64,000 nt of DNA from SAR86 cluster bacterium (GTDB taxonomy: Bacteria; Pseudomonadota; Gammaproteobacteria; Magnimaribacterales; D2472): contig JABBBT010000057.1 of the NCBI GenBank assembly GCA_018607365.1, forward strand, positions 29,122-93,121. The letters are read 5' to 3'. The position numbers and the translations under genes are program-made. Positions 10,735 through 20,341 of this stretch are shown piece after piece. The notes under the pieces are model-generated. The model searched no databases. It was not told the origin of the DNA and worked only from the letters and a program-made list of their open reading frames with translations. Every line of letters begins with the position of its first letter. Positions within the stretch are counted from its first letter, which is position 1.

Positions 10735-11479
10735 TAAAAATAATAGTATTTACATTAAGTCTATTAGCATTGGTAATAAAATCAATCTTAATACCGTTAT
10801 ATGTTCCTGTTACTGCCTCTACGTTACCAACAACAACTTTGTAGGGCTTTTGAATAATTTTGTTATATACATCACCTTCATTAAATAATTGACTTACTAA
10901 CAGAATATCTTTTGAGTATATTTCCACCCAACATTCTTTTGTAAATAATAATTGAAGGTTATTTGCAGGCAAAACAGGCTCAATAGTTGAATTGGTACTA
11001 GCCTGCATATCTTCAAAAGTATTATTTGTATTAACAATTTCTATTAATTCATAGAGTTTTTCTTCTTTAATATTCTTTTCTAATTTTTGGGTGCTGTCTT
11101 TAACTGGAAAAGAATTTAACAAAATCGAGACTACTAAAATTAAAAAAGCTAAACCAAATACAATAATAAATTTTTTGAAAGATCTATTAAAAACAGGCAC
11201 TGATTTTTTAACAATTTGATCTTTTCTATTTTCTTGAACATATATTGATGGGAACTCGCATTGTATGTTTAAAAAATTTTGATACTTAATAAAGTAAGCT
11301 CTAGCAAAACCTTCACTTGGAAAATCAGTATAGTCCCCGGACTCTATTGCTTTTATAAACTTAGTATTTATTAAGGTTTTATCTGAAACCTCATCGATTG
11401 TTAATTTTTGATCCAACCTTGCGTCATTGAAAATTATTCCAGTTTTGGCTGAATTTGCAGATTTTAAATTATCGCTCAT
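10724..11479 (-). CDS. rodZ: cytoskeleton protein RodZ-like (HTH, single TM, periplasmic domain)
   Basis: N-terminal HTH-like segment ([25 protein letters not shown]), one central TM helix, and a position between rlmN and ispG. Confidence 0.7.
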   Translation of the reverse strand: MSDNLKSANSAKTGIIFNDARLDQKLTIDEVSDKTLINTKFIKAIESGDYTDFPSEGFARAYFIKYQNFLNIQCEFPSIYVQENRKDQIVKKSVPVFNRSFKKFIIVFGLAFLILVVSILLNSFPVKDSTQKLEKNIKEEKLYELIEIVNTNNTFEDMQASTNSTIEPVLPANNLQLLFTKECWVEIYSKDILLVSQLFNEGDVYNKIIQKPYKVVVGNVEAVTGTYNGIKIDFITNANRLNVNTIIFNDE

Positions 11480-12558
11480 GATATTGATTGATGCTTGATT
11501 AGTTTTTTACCTTTAACTGACTTAGTTAATTTTCCAACAAGCTGACCGCAGGCTCCATCTATTGCATCACCTCTTGTAACTCTCAATGTAGTGATAAAGC
11601 CTTTTTTCATAAGAATATTTTTAAACTGGTTGATATTGTCTTTATTTGATCTCTTGTAGTTAGATCCATCAAATGGATTAAATGGAATTAAATTAATTTT
11701 ACATGAGATATTTGAAAGGAGCTTAGTTAGTTGTCTAGCTAATTCTGGAGAGTCATTCACACCATCAATAAGAATATATTCTATAGTGATGCTTCTTTTT
11801 CCTTCATAAAAAGATAAATAATTCTTGCATGAATTTATTAGCATTTTTATTGGGTATTTTTTATTAATAGGCACGATTTCATCACGAAGCGAATCAATTG
11901 GTGCATGAAGAGAGATTGCTAAGGAAACATCTATAGAACTTGTAAGTTGATCGATTTGAGGAGTTATGCCAGATGTGCTGATGGTAATTCTTTTTCGAGA
12001 AAGCCCATAGGCTAATTGATCTTTCATTATCTTTGCTGACTCAACAACTGGAGTAAAGTTTAGTAGCGGTTCTCCCATTCCCATAAATACAATATTTGTA
12101 ATATTAGAGTCATTAGAATCATAGAAGTTTGCTAGCCAAACTTGGCCAATTATTTCTGCAGCTGTGAGGTTTTTTTCAAAACCTTGAGCGCCTGTTGCAC
12201 AAAAAGTACATTGGAGTGCGCATCCAGCCTGAGAAGAGATACATAGAGTCATCCTCTTTTTTTCAGGGATTCTGACCATTTCAACCATCGAGCCTGAATC
12301 TAACTTTATTAAGTATTTTTTAGTTCCTTCTGGAGAAACATGGACCTCATCAACTTGAGGAGGCCTAATAACTGCAATTTCAGCAAGCCTCTGCCTAAGA
12401 GGCCTGTTAAAATCAGTCATCATTTCAAATTCTATAACTCCTTTTTGGTGAATCCATTTTAGAAGCTGCTTGGCTCTAAATTTTGGCTCTTCAATCCTTT
12501 TAAAAAAATCCTCTAAAGTCTCTAAAGAGTAACCTAAAAGATTTTCTTTTTTTTCCAA
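11476..12558 (-). CDS. rlmN: 23S rRNA/tRNA A2503/A37 C2-methyltransferase (radical SAM)
   Basis: CALQCTFCATG radical-SAM motif. The conserved N-terminus (FRAKQLLKWIH) requires the TTG start at 12558. Confidence 0.93.
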   Translation of the reverse strand: MEKKENLLGYSLETLEDFFKRIEEPKFRAKQLLKWIHQKGVIEFEMMTDFNRPLRQRLAEIAVIRPPQVDEVHVSPEGTKKYLIKLDSGSMVEMVRIPEKKRMTLCISSQAGCALQCTFCATGAQGFEKNLTAAEIIGQVWLANFYDSNDSNITNIVFMGMGEPLLNFTPVVESAKIMKDQLAYGLSRKRITISTSGITPQIDQLTSSIDVSLAISLHAPIDSLRDEIVPINKKYPIKMLINSCKNYLSFYEGKRSITIEYILIDGVNDSPELARQLTKLLSNISCKINLIPFNPFDGSNYKRSNKDNINQFKNILMKKGFITTLRVTRGDAIDGACGQLVGKLTKSVKGKKLIKHQSIS

Positions 12559-12561
12559 AAT

Positions 12562-12987
12562 CTACTTAGATATTATTTCTTCATCTTTGAAAAAATAATT
12601 AATCTCTCTTATTGCGCTTTCTTCAGAATCTGATCCATGAACAGCATTTGCATCAATACTAACTGCAAAGTCTGCTCTAATGGTTCCTGCATCAGCTTCT
12701 TGGGGGTTGGTGCTTCCCATGAGCTCTCTATTTTTATGTATTGCTCCCTCTCCTTCAAGGACCTGAACAAATACAGGACCTGAAGTCATGAATTTTTTAA
12801 GATCGTTGAAAAAAGGCCTGCCTTCATGCTCCGCGTAGAAGCCTGAGGCCATTTCATCTGTTAAATGAATTAGCTTACCAGCAACTAAATGCAGTCCGTT
12901 GTCTTCAAACCTAGTAATAATTTTACCCACTACATTTTTAGATACAGCGTCTGGTTTGATAATTGATAAGGTTTGTTCTATTGCCAT
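12562..12987 (-). CDS. ndk: nucleoside diphosphate kinase
   Basis: 141 aa; TLSIIKPD and NAVHGSDS active-site His context. Confidence 0.95.
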   Translation of the reverse strand: MAIEQTLSIIKPDAVSKNVVGKIITRFEDNGLHLVAGKLIHLTDEMASGFYAEHEGRPFFNDLKKFMTSGPVFVQVLEGEGAIHKNRELMGSTNPQEADAGTIRADFAVSIDANAVHGSDSEESAIREINYFFKDEEIISK

Positions 12988-13030
12988 AATGTTTTATTCC
13001 TATAAAAAAATTTAAGCCATTATATGGGAC

Positions 13031-13234
13031 TTATTGAGATTCTTCTATCCATAACATTTGAATAGCCTCTAAAATTTTCTCATTAGAACGCTCTGGATCT
13101 CCAATAAAACCATCTAAGCCGCATATTTTTGAATGTAAATCAGGAAATCCAATCCACTGAGGATCGATATCAGGAAATTTATCATATAACTCAATAGCTA
13201 TATCATTTACATCATGCCAATTTAGATCGCTCAT
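13031..13234 (-). CDS. iscX: Fe-S assembly protein IscX
   Basis: 67-aa acidic protein directly after fdx, with a TAATG overlap. Confidence 0.85.
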   Translation of the reverse strand: MSDLNWHDVNDIAIELYDKFPDIDPQWIGFPDLHSKICGLDGFIGDPERSNEKILEAIQMLWIEESQ

Positions 13235-13575
13235 TAATGATCCTCTGAAACCATATTTATGTTGTACTTTGGGAGTTCAATTTCTATATTTTCATCAGCT
13301 GGAGGTATTGTCTGGCAACTTAGCCTAGATGTCTGCTCAAGACCCCACGCCTTATCAAGCATATCCTCCTCTACATCACTAGCCTCTTCTAGACTATCAA
13401 AACCCTTCCTGATTATGCAATGGCAAGTCGTACAAGCACATGACATTTCACAGGCATGTTCAATTTTTATACCTTCTCTTAGAGCCGCTTCACAGATAGT
13501 CTCACCAGGGACAGTAACTATCTCTGCTCCATCAGGACAAAGTTCATGATGGGGCCATATTTTGATCTTAGCCAT
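13234..13575 (-). CDS. fdx: ISC-type [2Fe-2S] ferredoxin
   Basis: 113 aa with Cys ligands in ACEMSCACTTCHC plus a distal LSCQ. Confidence 0.9.
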   Translation of the reverse strand: MAKIKIWPHHELCPDGAEIVTVPGETICEAALREGIKIEHACEMSCACTTCHCIIRKGFDSLEEASDVEEDMLDKAWGLEQTSRLSCQTIPPADENIEIELPKYNINMVSEDH

Positions 13576-13578
13576 TTT

Positions 13579-13920
13579 TTAAATTGTAAAACTTTCCCCG
13601 CATCCACAAACTGCCTTTGCATTGGGGTTAACAAACTTTATTCCTTTATTTAAACCATCCTCAGAGTAATCAACAAGACTTCCTTTTAAAAAATCAAAAC
13701 TTGTTTTATCTACATAAATTTTGCATCCATTTTTTTCAAAAACAATATTTTTTGCATCTATGCTGTCTACAAAATCAAAGAAGTATTCATAGCCCGAGCA
13801 TCCAGCTTTTTTGACACCTATTTGAATACCCGCCCCTTTACCTCTTGATTCAAGACTTGAAAGAAAATGATTGATTGCTTTATCAGAAAAATTTAAATCA
13901 GATGGATTAATATTTTCCAT
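13579..13920 (-). CDS. iscA: iron-sulfur cluster insertion protein IscA
   Basis: 113 aa; GCSG and C-terminal CGCGESF motifs. Confidence 0.9.
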   Translation of the reverse strand: MENINPSDLNFSDKAINHFLSSLESRGKGAGIQIGVKKAGCSGYEYFFDFVDSIDAKNIVFEKNGCKIYVDKTSFDFLKGSLVDYSEDGLNKGIKFVNPNAKAVCGCGESFTI

Positions 13921-13930
13921 TGAATGATAC

Positions 13931-14335
13931 CTATTGCTTAGATTCGTAATCTTCTATTGCTTGTTTAATTGAGTCTTCAGCTAAAACTGAGCAATGAATT
14001 TTAATTGGAGGAAGTTCTAAGGCATCAACTATTTCTTTGTTTTTAATTTCCTTAGCTTCTTCTAGAGTCTTACCAATAAGCATTTCCACTAACTCACTTG
14101 AGGAAGCAATGGCTGAACCGCAACCATATGTTTTAAATTTAACATCCTTGATAATATGAGTATTTCCTTTTGGTTCGCACTTAATTTGAAGTTTCATAAC
14201 ATCACCACAAGCAGGCGCACCAACCATTCCAGTTCCAACATTTTCTTCTTTAGGATCAAATCTTCCTACATTAAATGCTTGAGGGTTCTCCAGAGTATTC
14301 TCAAACTTATCAACTACTTTTTTACTATATGCCAT
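13931..14335 (-). CDS. iscU: Fe-S cluster scaffold IscU
   Basis: GAPACGDVM, YGCGSAIASS and HCSVLAEDSI motifs. Confidence 0.95.
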   Translation of the reverse strand: MAYSKKVVDKFENTLENPQAFNVGRFDPKEENVGTGMVGAPACGDVMKLQIKCEPKGNTHIIKDVKFKTYGCGSAIASSSELVEMLIGKTLEEAKEIKNKEIVDALELPPIKIHCSVLAEDSIKQAIEDYESKQ

Positions 14336-14348
14336 AAAAGCTCCTACT

Positions 14349-15569
14349 TTAGTGTGTGTTCCATTTAACAGTATCTAAATCTATACCGTCTAAATGCATC
14401 TCCCACAATGGAGAGAGTTCTCTCAATCTATCTACAACTTTATTTAAAATAGAGAGTGTGTTTTCTATATCTTCATCGCTTGTAAATCTTCCGAAAGAAA
14501 ATCTTATTGAGCTATGCGCTAATTCATCTTTTCTACCTAACGCTCTAAGTACATATGAAGGCTCAAGACTTGCAGATGTGCATGCAGATCCAGACGATAC
14601 TGCAATATCCTTAAGTCCCATAATCAAAGATTCGCCCTCAACAAAATTGAAGCTGATATTTAAAATATTAGGAACCTTATTATTAAGATCTCCATTTATA
14701 TACGCATGTTCTATTTTCATTGCTTCTTTAAGAAATTGCTCATGATAAGCTTTAATTTTTAAATGGTCAGACTCCATCTCTTCTTTTGCGATCTTGAATG
14801 CCTCACCCATACCAACAATTTGATGAGTAGGAAGAGTTCCAGATCTCATTCCCCTCTCATGACCACCGCCATGAATCAAGGCTTCGATTCTAACTCTTGG
14901 TTTTCTTCTAACAAACAGAGCACCTATGCCCTTTGGACCATAGGTTTTATGAGCTGAAAATGACATTAAATCAACTGGAAGTTTTGATAGATCAATATCT
15001 ACTTTTCCAGTGCTTTGAGCTGCATCTACATGAAAAAAGGCACCAGCTTCTCTAGTGATCTTACCAATTTCTTCTAGGTTATTTAAGGTACCTAATTCAT
15101 TGTTAATGTGCATTACAGATACTAGTATTGTATTTTCTTGCATAGCATTTTTAATAGCTTCAGCTGTTATGATTCCTCCCTCATTTGGGTCTAGATAAGT
15201 TACCTCAAAACCCTCTCTTTCTAATTGTCTGCAAGGATCAAGAACTGCTTTATGCTCAATTTTAGATGTAATAATATGATTACCTTTTGATTTATAAAAT
15301 CTTGCAACACCTTTTATGGCCAGGTTGTCTGCTTCTGTTGCTCCCGATGTCCAAACTATTTCTCTTGGATCGCAATTTACAAGATTTGCAACATGAGATC
15401 TTGCTTCTTCAACAGCATCGTCAGCTTTCCATCCATACCGATGCGATCTTGAGGCCGGATTTCCAAACTCTCCATCTGGGGTTAAATATTGCATCATTTT
15501 TGATGCAACCCTAGGGTCAACTGGGGTTGTTGATGCGTAATCTAAATATATGGTCGACTGTGTGCTCAT
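14349..15569 (-). CDS. iscS: cysteine desulfurase IscS
   Basis: 406 aa; PLP-Lys context [12 protein letters not shown] and active-site loop SSGSACTS. Confidence 0.95.
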   Translation of the reverse strand: MSTQSTIYLDYASTTPVDPRVASKMMQYLTPDGEFGNPASRSHRYGWKADDAVEEARSHVANLVNCDPREIVWTSGATEADNLAIKGVARFYKSKGNHIITSKIEHKAVLDPCRQLEREGFEVTYLDPNEGGIITAEAIKNAMQENTILVSVMHINNELGTLNNLEEIGKITREAGAFFHVDAAQSTGKVDIDLSKLPVDLMSFSAHKTYGPKGIGALFVRRKPRVRIEALIHGGGHERGMRSGTLPTHQIVGMGEAFKIAKEEMESDHLKIKAYHEQFLKEAMKIEHAYINGDLNNKVPNILNISFNFVEGESLIMGLKDIAVSSGSACTSASLEPSYVLRALGRKDELAHSSIRFSFGRFTSDEDIENTLSILNKVVDRLRELSPLWEMHLDGIDLDTVKWNTH

Positions 15570-16004
15570 TTAACTTATCTCTCTTAAACTTATATATGGG
15601 CTATCGTTAGATTCCACAAGCTTATTTATGGTTATTTTACTTAAATAATTATCTACGACTTCGTTTAATTCATGCCATAGATTGTGTGTTTTACATTTCT
15701 TTCCGTGGTTACAGTTACTAGAACCATTGCAGTTAGTAGCATCAAGATCTTCCTCTACTGCATTCATAATATCTTTAATAGTTATTACTGATGGGTCTTT
15801 GGCATACATATACCCTCCATTCCTTCCTCTTGTGCTCTTTACAATTCCTGCGATTCTTAATTTTCTAAAAATTTGTTCAAGATAAGAAAGTTCAATATTC
15901 TGATTTTCTGATAAATCAGACAAAGAAATAGGACCAAATGACTCAAGAGCTCTTAGCTCAGTCAGTGCATTTACTGCGTATCTGCTTTTTGTAGTAAGTT
16001 TCAC
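15570..16004 (-). CDS. iscR: Rrf2-family Fe-S regulator IscR
   Basis: Rrf2 HTH N-terminus (MKLTTKSRYAVNAL) and a cluster-ligand spacing of C-x5-C-x5-C-x2-H (CNGSSNCNHGKKCKTH). GTG start at 16004. Confidence 0.9.
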   Translation of the reverse strand: MKLTTKSRYAVNALTELRALESFGPISLSDLSENQNIELSYLEQIFRKLRIAGIVKSTRGRNGGYMYAKDPSVITIKDIMNAVEEDLDATNCNGSSNCNHGKKCKTHNLWHELNEVVDNYLSKITINKLVESNDSPYISLREIS

Positions 16005-16017
16005 GCATGAATTATAA

Positions 16018-16042
16018 ATACTTGACTATTTTAGTCAAGTTT
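16018..16042. promoter_or_regulatory. candidate IscR type-1 operator (perfect 9-bp inverted repeat)
   Basis: ATACTTGACTATTTTAGTCAAGTTT fits the published type-1 consensus ATASYYGACTRWWWYAGTCRRSTAT at nearly every position. It lies 14 nt upstream of the iscR GTG and overlaps the purC stop codon. It could alternatively act as a weak hairpin after purC. Confidence 0.5.
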
Positions 16043-16750
16043 TATATTCATACCCAATCTGTCAGCTACTTGATGATAGGATTCGACAACATCACCAAGA
16101 CCTTGTCTAAATCTGTCTTTATCCATTTTTTTTAAAGTTTCTGAGTCCCATAGCCTGCATCCATCTGGAGTAAACTCATCAGCCAAAAGAATCTTTTCAC
16201 CTGTGACACCAAATTCCACTTTGAAATCTACTAGAATTAAACCAGAATCTAAAAATAGCTTTGAAAGAATAGTATTAACTTTATATGTAAGAAGCTTCAT
16301 TTCATCAATTTGATGTCTTGTAGCCCAACCAAAAGATAGAATATGCTCATCATTGATTAAAGGATCTCCTAACTCATCGTCTTTAAGAAAAAATTCAAAT
16401 AGAGGGCTTTCAAGAATTAATCCGTCTTCTGTACCAAGTCTTCTGCATATTGAGCCAGAAGCTCTATTTCTAATTACACACTCTATTGGAAACATAGAAA
16501 GTTTATGAACCAAAGAGTCATTATTATTAAGAACTTCAATGTGATGTGTTTCTACACCATTTTTTTCCAAATGATCCATTATGAATGCATTAAACTGATT
16601 ATTAACAGAGCCTTTTCCCATTAATGCTTCTTTCTTTTTTCCATCAAATGCAGAAGTATCATCGCTAAAATGCATTACTAGTTGCTCTTGATTTGATGTT
16701 GTATATAAAGACTTAGCCTTACCTTTTGTTATTTCTTGTATTTTTTCCAT
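16031..16750 (-). CDS. purC: phosphoribosylaminoimidazole-succinocarboxamide (SAICAR) synthase
   Basis: 239-aa short-type PurC; dapA-bamC-purC synteny as in E. coli. Confidence 0.9.
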   Translation of the reverse strand: MEKIQEITKGKAKSLYTTSNQEQLVMHFSDDTSAFDGKKKEALMGKGSVNNQFNAFIMDHLEKNGVETHHIEVLNNNDSLVHKLSMFPIECVIRNRASGSICRRLGTEDGLILESPLFEFFLKDDELGDPLINDEHILSFGWATRHQIDEMKLLTYKVNTILSKLFLDSGLILVDFKVEFGVTGEKILLADEFTPDGCRLWDSETLKKMDKDRFRQGLGDVVESYHQVADRLGMNIKLD

Positions 16751-17730
16751 TAGCTTAGTGATTCGTTTATTTTTGAAAGTAATTGTTCTGCTTCATCAAT
16801 TTTACCATTCATTGATCTTGCTCGAACATAAGTTTTATTATTTTTTTCTACAATTGTTACTTCAAACTGAGCTTCTTCATTGAACGCGTTATTGTTGTTA
16901 GAACTTCTTCCAAGGCCAAAGAATGATAATAATCCTCCCTCTTCTTCCTTGCTATAACTTACATAAAATATTCCTTCATTTCTATTCTTATCATTTGTAA
17001 CAATTTCAGCTACTTGCATAGCCTTAGTTACAGATGACCAAGCTCTATCAAAATTAAGATTTAATTCAATAACTGTTTGTCCATCTTCAGTATAGAAATT
17101 TGCCTTTTTCATTTCATTAAGATTTTGAGCTGCAAGTGATGTACCAGAAAAATTATCGACAGACTCAGCAAAATAATTGACAAGCTTTTCAAGCTCTGCC
17201 TGAACTAGATCAATATTACTCACTATCTCTTGATCGCCCTTGTTAACCAAATTCAAAAATATTTCAGTAGATGCTTCTTTAATACCATGTTCAATTTTCA
17301 TTACAAATAGCATGGATTCATCAAAGTTTATTTTGATTTCTCCAATTTCTGGATTGGTACTGATTACATCATAATCCGACGTTTCCCAGTAACTTTTTGA
17401 AATAGGCCATGAGGTAGATGGAAGTGTTTCTATGTATATCCACATTAACTCACCCAATCTTCGAAGCTGAACAGAGCTATTACCTGATGATGAAAAAATC
17501 TGTCTTGGCTTTGGAACCTCTTGGTTTTTTAACTCATTATCAATAGGGATAACTGGATAGTGATTTTCCTTGGATGGAGAAGATAGTTCAGAAGGAATAA
17601 CTATATCAGTTTCAACAATTTCTTCTAAGAAATCATGCTCAGTGGTTGGAAAATAACCCTCTGGACCCGTTAAATAGGAGCATGAGGTTACTAAAAAAAG
17701 TGAAAGCACATATATTAAATTTTTTTTCAT
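16750..17730 (-). CDS. bamC: outer membrane protein assembly factor BamC-like lipoprotein
   Basis: Lipobox LVTSCS. DRAWSSVTKAMQVAEIVTNDKNRNEGIFYVSY resembles the E. coli BamC helix-grip repeat (as I recall, VVWQRLPAALEKVGMKVTD...MAVTY). Located between dapA and purC. Confidence 0.7.
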   Translation of the reverse strand: MKKNLIYVLSLFLVTSCSYLTGPEGYFPTTEHDFLEEIVETDIVIPSELSSPSKENHYPVIPIDNELKNQEVPKPRQIFSSSGNSSVQLRRLGELMWIYIETLPSTSWPISKSYWETSDYDVISTNPEIGEIKINFDESMLFVMKIEHGIKEASTEIFLNLVNKGDQEIVSNIDLVQAELEKLVNYFAESVDNFSGTSLAAQNLNEMKKANFYTEDGQTVIELNLNFDRAWSSVTKAMQVAEIVTNDKNRNEGIFYVSYSKEEEGGLLSFFGLGRSSNNNNAFNEEAQFEVTIVEKNNKTYVRARSMNGKIDEAEQLLSKINESLS

Positions 17731-18617
17731 AATAGTTTTAATTTTATCATCTCTGACAGTATTTCTTCATGGAAAGTTCCATCTAATTCCATAAGAGGGA
17801 GTCTAATTGCACTCTTAATTAGATTCATTTTATATAACATCCATTTCACAGGTATTGGGTTTGATTCAACAAACAATAAACGATATAAGTTGAGGTTGTG
17901 CTCATTTAAGATTCTTGCCTTTTCATAATCACCATTTTTAATCGCAGAGCAAATTTCAGAATGAGATTTTGGACTGACATTTGCAGAAACAGATATTACT
18001 CCATGTGTTCCTAATAGCATTGAATCCATAAACGTTGGGTCATCTCCAGAGAAAACTGAAAAATTATTTTCTGCATTTTTAGATATTTGGACTAATTTTT
18101 TTATTCGCGACTCATCATCAACAGCTTCCTTAATACCAATAATATTTTCATGCTTTGATAGAACAGATACAGATGAAGGCAATAAATCACAAGCAGTTCT
18201 TGATGGAACATTATATAAAACCTGTCCTATATCAACTGCATCTGCTATTGCAGAAAAATGAGCAATTAAACCATTTTGATTTGGTTTATTGTAATAAGGG
18301 GTAACGATAAGAGCGTAATCGGCTCCAAGGCGTTTTGATTCTTTTGTTAAATCAATAGCTTCTCTTGTTGAGTTTGCTCCTGAGCCAGCTATAACTGGAA
18401 TTCTTTTGTTAGTGTGATTTATAGTGAAAGCTATTACATCTAAATGCTCTTTAACATTTAATGTAGCTGACTCTCCAGTAGTTCCAACTGAAACTATTCC
18501 ATCTGTTCCTTGGCCTATATGCCAATCAATTAAATTCTCTAAACAAGAGTAGTCAACATCACCATTAGGCAACATTGGGGTCACTAAAGCTACTAAACTT
18601 CCTTGTAATACTTGCAT
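17727..18617 (-). CDS. dapA: 4-hydroxy-tetrahydrodipicolinate synthase
   Basis: 296 aa; GTTGES and Schiff-base Lys context IIGIKEA. Confidence 0.93.
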   Translation of the reverse strand: MQVLQGSLVALVTPMLPNGDVDYSCLENLIDWHIGQGTDGIVSVGTTGESATLNVKEHLDVIAFTINHTNKRIPVIAGSGANSTREAIDLTKESKRLGADYALIVTPYYNKPNQNGLIAHFSAIADAVDIGQVLYNVPSRTACDLLPSSVSVLSKHENIIGIKEAVDDESRIKKLVQISKNAENNFSVFSGDDPTFMDSMLLGTHGVISVSANVSPKSHSEICSAIKNGDYEKARILNEHNLNLYRLLFVESNPIPVKWMLYKMNLIKSAIRLPLMELDGTFHEEILSEMIKLKLL

Positions 18618-18683
18618 GAAAAAAAAATTCGGTAAAAAATAGGACTATACACTATTTTTATTAAAAAACTTATAAGGAAAAAG

Positions 18684-19154
18684 ATGACTAAAAAACTTGA
18701 AGGCAAAAAATGCCCCAACTTCAACGCGGAATGTACTAGCAATTTAAAATTATCCAATAAGGATTTCTTGGGAAAAATTCTAGTAATATATTTTTATCCA
18801 AAAGATAGTACTCCAGGGTGTACAACTGAAGGTCAAAATTTTAGAGATAATTTTAAAGCCTTCAAAAAATTGAATACTGAAATTTTAGGGGTTTCTCGAG
18901 AAAGCATTAAATCTCATGAAAACTTTAAATTAAAACAAGATTTTCCATTCGAGCTTTTATCAGATCCAGACGAAAAAGTTTGCAAGGCATTTGATGTCAT
19001 GAAACTTAAATCAATGTATGGAAGACAATACATTGGGATTGATAGAAGCACCTTTATAGTTGGTGTAGATGGTAAAATCATTAAAGAATGGCGTTCTGTA
19101 AAAGTAACAGGACATGTCGATGAGGTTCTTAATACTATTAAAGATCTAGGATGA
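18684..19154 (+). CDS. bcp: thiol peroxidase Bcp (peroxiredoxin)
   Basis: FYPKDSTPGCTTE peroxidatic-Cys motif; AAGGA Shine-Dalgarno upstream. Confidence 0.9.
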   Translation: MTKKLEGKKCPNFNAECTSNLKLSNKDFLGKILVIYFYPKDSTPGCTTEGQNFRDNFKAFKKLNTEILGVSRESIKSHENFKLKQDFPFELLSDPDEKVCKAFDVMKLKSMYGRQYIGIDRSTFIVGVDGKIIKEWRSVKVTGHVDEVLNTIKDLG

Positions 19155-20192
19155 AGGCCAGGCATTCCAGACGGCTTTAATAAAAGTAGCGATTGGAATT
19201 GCAAAAAATACACCCCAGAAGCCAAACATATTTCCAAAAATGAAAACTGCAAATATAATTGCAACAGGATGAAGCTTCACTGCATCTGAAAAAATTATTG
19301 GTACTAATAAGTTACCATCAAGAATTTGTAATAAAAGGTATAGGCTTATAAGGATATAAAAGTCGCTTTCGAGTCCAAATTGAAGTAAGCCAATAATTAC
19401 AACTGGAACGGTAACCAAAAAAGCGCCTACATAAGGAATTACTACAGACATCCCAACAAGAACTGAAAGCAATGCAGAGTATTTTAAGCCCACTAAAGAA
19501 AAAATTATTGCAGCACAAAGACCAACTATAAATATTTCAGTAGTTTTTCCTCTTACGTAATTACTAAGCTGTATATCCATTTCTAACCAAATATTAGAGA
19601 ACATTTCTCTCTTGCCAGGTATTATTTTTGACAGCCCATCAAGTATATTTTTTCTATCAAACAGAAAGAAGAAAACAAGTATTGGAAATAAGATTATATA
19701 TAGCAATATTGTTATTGTGCTTTGTATGCCTGCAATCGAGGATTTCACGAGATTTTGAGTCACTGACGTAAGCTCAGAGCTTACAGCTTGAAAAAAGACA
19801 GCAATCTGATCTGATGAGACTAAATCAGGAAATTTGGCAGGCAAAGTTGATACAAATTCTAAGAAATTATTAAACAGGCCTGGTATATCTAAGACAAAAG
19901 CTTGTAGCTGAATATATAGAATTGGTAATAACCATATCAGCATTGCCGCACCAGTTACAATAAATATTGTAAAGGTCATAACAAGGGCTACAGAACTACT
20001 TACATTCCATGATTCTATTTTTTTTTGAACACCCACAAGCAGATATGCAACTACTATACTTATCAAAAATGGAGTAAGTACAGAGCCAAAAAAAGTCATC
20101 ATCAAAAAAGCACTAAGAATAGCAAATGAAAAAACTATTGTTTCTTCGTTGCTAAATATTTTTTTTAAAACAGAATTAATTTGATCAAGCAT
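19146..20192 (-). CDS. perM: AI-2E family (PerM/UPF0118) membrane transporter
   Basis: 348-aa polytopic membrane protein, divergent from the bepA-like gene as I recall for E. coli perM/bepA. Its 3' end overlaps the bcp 3' end by 9 nt. Confidence 0.7.
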   Translation of the reverse strand: MLDQINSVLKKIFSNEETIVFSFAILSAFLMMTFFGSVLTPFLISIVVAYLLVGVQKKIESWNVSSSVALVMTFTIFIVTGAAMLIWLLPILYIQLQAFVLDIPGLFNNFLEFVSTLPAKFPDLVSSDQIAVFFQAVSSELTSVTQNLVKSSIAGIQSTITILLYIILFPILVFFFLFDRKNILDGLSKIIPGKREMFSNIWLEMDIQLSNYVRGKTTEIFIVGLCAAIIFSLVGLKYSALLSVLVGMSVVIPYVGAFLVTVPVVIIGLLQFGLESDFYILISLYLLLQILDGNLLVPIIFSDAVKLHPVAIIFAVFIFGNMFGFWGVFFAIPIATFIKAVWNAWPSS

Positions 20193-20341
20193 ATATATAT
20201 ATTTTAAGTGGGTTAGTGAACTATGTCAGTCATAATATGGTCAAATAAGAAGCAATTACTTAATATTGTTCGATTATATTAATCTAAAAAGATTATTTAT
20301 GTTAGTTTTATGTTCAAATCAAAAAAAATGAATTTTTTAAA

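Noticed and set aside
20193-20341. The largest intergenic gap (149 nt, perM/bepA divergent region) as a possible sRNA or riboswitch locus. It contains an 8-codon ORF (MSVIIWSNK).
   Set aside because: There is no convincing stable structure, conserved motif or terminator. It is most simply two divergent AT-rich promoters.
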